The translations under genes were made by a program, and so were the position numbers. This document shows positions 60,800-64,000 of a stretch of DNA of 64,000 nucleotides, in pieces. The DNA is from Octopus sinensis. Its lineage: Eukaryota. Location: the NCBI RefSeq assembly GCF_006345805.1, contig NC_042999.1, positions 12,152,001 to 12,216,000 on the forward strand, read 5' to 3'. How positions within the stretch are numbered: the stretch's first letter is position 1; each line of letters starts with the position of its first letter. The notes beneath the pieces were generated by a model, which did no database searches, was not told the origin of the DNA, and saw nothing but the letters and a program-made list of their open reading frames with translations.

Positions 60800-62260
60800 T
60801 ATTATTGTTATTGTTATGTTTCCTTTATTAACCACAAAGGGTCCACAAAAAACGAACATTGTGGAGATGGTACAAGATAATACAATGTGGGCTTAGATAA
60901 AATGAAGTGTGAAATTGATGAAATAAATTTTAATAATGAAAAATTTCCCAAAAGAGAAACACTTCTAGGGCTGCTTGTGGAAATCCCACACAACCATAGA
61001 GGCCCTGACCACTGGGAAAGTGCCCACTCCTCATCGTCTATAGGCGCATGCTTAGAGTAGGCCCATTCTTGCAACATTCACCCACCTTTCAACAAAATTG
61101 CAGCACTTCCCTCTCTCACTTCCCTTTTCAAGATAATTTGAAAAAGTTGATGAGGGCCAAAGAGGAAATTGTCTGTCTTCGGCTCTTTCAATCTGGTCCA
61201 CCACCCAACCTTTTTTGCTGGGATAGTCTTTACAATAGACTCAGCCAATAGCTGGATCTGTCCTACATGTGACAGCAGGTGTTCGACATAAACCCACAGA
61301 TCAGCAATATTTGGACACTGGACAAGAGTGTGCAGAACAGTTTTGTTGCTTTGCATCCCCTTTAGGCAATTATTCATAGGCCTTGGTCCATAAGTTCTCT
61401 GGATCTGACCAGTTGATTCTCACTGATGCCCAGAGCCTTCCCGAGAATGTCAGCATGCCACTATCCCTCTGTAGAACACCAGAGTGTTCTGCATAGAACT
61501 CTGCATACTGCATTGTCCAACTGATAGGAGTGTGAGTGCCTGATGACAATCTAGGTGCCAGGCACACTGTCTCTGCCTATGCTTGATCCAGGACTGCAGT
61601 TCAATCAAAAGGATAAGCTGTGAAAAATCCTGTCTGACAAATCGTGACCACACCTGCTCCCTGTCAAAGGAAGCCCTGGAAATGTCATTGCCTTTGTGCA
61701 TGTCTGTACATCAGTAGCCATGGTATTCCCAGTCCTCCATTCAGCAGGTGTTGATAGCAAATGGAGCACTTGGCCAGTGGGAAGCAACCCTTCTACAGAA
61801 AGCAGAAGTGTATGCACACCACTTTGGTCAGGCATAAACTGGAGAAAGGTACAATGGTCAGGTGGTAAGATATAGCAGAAGCAATGTAAGCAATCACCAC
61901 TTCTGCCCAACCTTTCAGGGGTAGCTTTCTTTTGGCCCTTTTCTGGGTGAGAATGGCCACCCTGTTTATCACCTCGTCCCAGTTCCTCTCCACCAAACCA
62001 GACTCTGAGCAATTTAATTGGTCCTTCTGTCTAGCATCCCATGACATGATTAGATGGAATAGGCCTGCCTCTCCACGTGTCAAGCTGCAGGTCCATTGAT
62101 TTTTCTTGGTTAATTTTTGCTCCTGTTATTGCTCCATATTCTTTTGGAGCAGTGCTGACAAGGTCTAAGTGCCTGGCGTTCAACATGATGAAGATGACAT
62201 CCTCTGCGTATGCTAACACGGTTCTCATGCATCCTAGTTTGCATGGGATGCCTCTCAATA
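60800..62260 (-). mobile_element. Tx1/L1-clade LINE 3' part, same family as 10000-13690
   Basis: YAEDV..TGAKINQEKS, WDEVINRVAILTQK..KLPLKGWAEVVIAYIAS, WWTRLKEPKTDNFLFG. The 3' end cccttgtgg(t/c)caataaa + (AAT)n matches the + strand copy. Confidence 0.88.
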
Positions 62261-63409
62261 TCTCCAGTTTTGGCAGTAGTGGAAAAACAGCAACAATAAT
62301 AACGGTTTCAAATTTTGGCTCAAGGCCAGCAGTTTTGGGGAGGGGGATGAGTCAATTACATCGACCCCAGTGTTCCACTGGTACTTATCTTATTGACCCA
62401 TGAAGGACAAAAGGCAAAGCGACCCCCAGTGGAATTTGAACTCAATATGTAAAGATGGACAAAATGTAATAATAATAATTGATGTTCCCTAAGAAGTAAC
62501 AGTTTGCTTGAAAGCTGTCCTTTCCATTGGGGAAGAGCTTAGTTTGTAAACCTGTTTAATAATCCCATCTTAATCTCCTGACATTTAACCATGTCAAAGC
62601 TCTTAATACAAATTGTAAAATCAATTAATATTTGCTGGTGGTTCATTAAGAGTTCAGCTCGTTAAACGAATTGTTTTAAAGAGGTGAACTATTTCTACTT
62701 CCCATTTCATGGATGGAAAGGTTGTTGTTCTGTGTTTTCATTAGGAAAGTATTTAATCCTTTTGTTACCCTAATTCTGTTGAAATAATTTTGACTTTGTT
62801 CCAATTATTTTTGAATATAATGGGGAAATTAGTAAAATGACTAAAATGATGGTGTTTGGAAAATATATTAATATGAAATTTTAATTGAAGGTTTGAATTC
62901 ACTTTCAAATAGAAAGTTTGTGTCATGAAATCAATTTTGGTCTCAGGTGCATTCGTAGCAAATGGGTTCAGTTATTATTTCAAAATTTCACTGTTAAACT
63001 TTACTTTCAATGTGTTGGGTTTATCTTTTTCACTGGTCACATTTGAAGTTGAATCATTTCACTTCATGTATTCATGCAAATAAACTTCTTTTTCTTTTTT
63101 TGTGGTATTAGTATATTCTACTCTTGGTATGCTCACACTTGCATAAAAATGTTCCTAAACCATCAAAAATTCCAATTTTCCTGAAATTAACTAATATTAC
63201 TCCTGTCATGCCCATCCACCCTTTCCATTTTATGGCTCTTTTATTGTTCACTTTTCTATCTTTTTGTGTCATATTTCTGTGTACAGGACCTGTATTTCTA
63301 GCTTTCATTGCATCCTTTCTTTACTTAACCACTGTCGTCTTTCTGTCCCCTCTTTTAGCTTTTTCTGACAGGTTATAATGTACCTGAGCACTATATACAA
63401 TACGTTCAT

Positions 63410-64000
63410 CATCATCATTTGTTTTTCTTCTTCCTTCAACTTTGTTTCCATTTCTTGCCAAGTGTCTTCCCGTCACCTAAGACAGAGACACACTATACAT
63501 TGAGAAGCCACTAAAACAAACACATCAGATTGTCCATTTACAAACAAAGTCATGTGAAAACAACAAAAAAGAAAAGCCTGCTGATGTTTCTTCACATTTC
63601 TCAGTCAGTCAATCCTCCTGTAGCTCCGACCATCCAAAAATAACTGCATGGATTGTAATCATTCTCACAGTGACAATGCTCTTCTCAATATGTTTGATGT
63701 TACAACAATGTTTTGCGCTTCTTGCAGGGATGATAAGCCAGGGGTCATTCTCAAATAATTTTCAGCTCCATTTTAAATATTCTTAGTGTTCGTACAATCA
63801 CTAGTATTGTAACTGCCTTCAGATATCACATTTTTCAATTTCAATAAGCAAATGTTTATATTTTCTGAGTTTGTAAATTCTTTTGCTGAGATATTATGAT
63901 CACAGGGAATACTCATGTCAATCAATAAACTGACTTTACTGTTTTGGTTTTTCACAACAATATCCAGTTTATCAGCTTTGATGGTTCTGTCTATATGTAC
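63410..64000 (-). mobile_element. 3' end of an R4/Dong-like non-LTR element with restriction-like endonuclease; runs off the right edge
   Basis: IDRTIKADKLDIVVKNQNSKVSLLIDMSIPCDHNISAKE (RPDIVV...LIDxSIP, PD-(D/E)xK domain), then frameshifted ENYLRMTPGLSSLQEAQNIV...HILRRALSL*. The 3' UTR ends in (ATG)n. Confidence 0.75.

Overview
AT-rich, repeat-dense eukaryotic genomic DNA, most consistent with an octopod cephalopod (inferred from the SINE/LINE families, microsatellites and composition; not proven). Three host genes can be reconstructed by hand. (1) The 5' half of a parvin gene on the - strand: coding exons 1-5 at 16229-16136, 4963-4874, 4421-4351, 3204-3102, 1492-1340, with the rest off the left edge. 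(2) A full-length SF3A1 with an intronless 803-aa CDS (- strand, 37552-35141). (3) Head-to-head with it, about 190 bp away, a 7-exon RPL13A (+ strand, 37753-47210, 203 aa) with a TCT/TOP start. The RPL13A introns carry six box C/D snoRNAs that the ORF track does not show: three SNORD33(U33)-like copies in intron 4 and three SNORD34(U34)-like copies in intron 5. Two of the U33 copies share a substitution at the target-specifying +5 position of the guide, which would point them at an adenosine rather than the canonical 18S uridine. The rest is mostly transposons: two Tx1/L1-clade LINEs, three CR1-type LINEs, RTE LINEs, a Penelope-like element, an R4/Dong-like 3' end, and mariner, Tigger and hAT remnants, MITEs and many SINEs. 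The near full-length CR1 has a slippery heptamer plus stem-loop at its ORF1/ORF2 overlap. One RTE has a twin-priming-type 5' inversion, and RTE copies carry a PHD-like finger inside the RT. All family calls rest on motif recognition by eye; no searches were run. Repeat boundaries are approximate.
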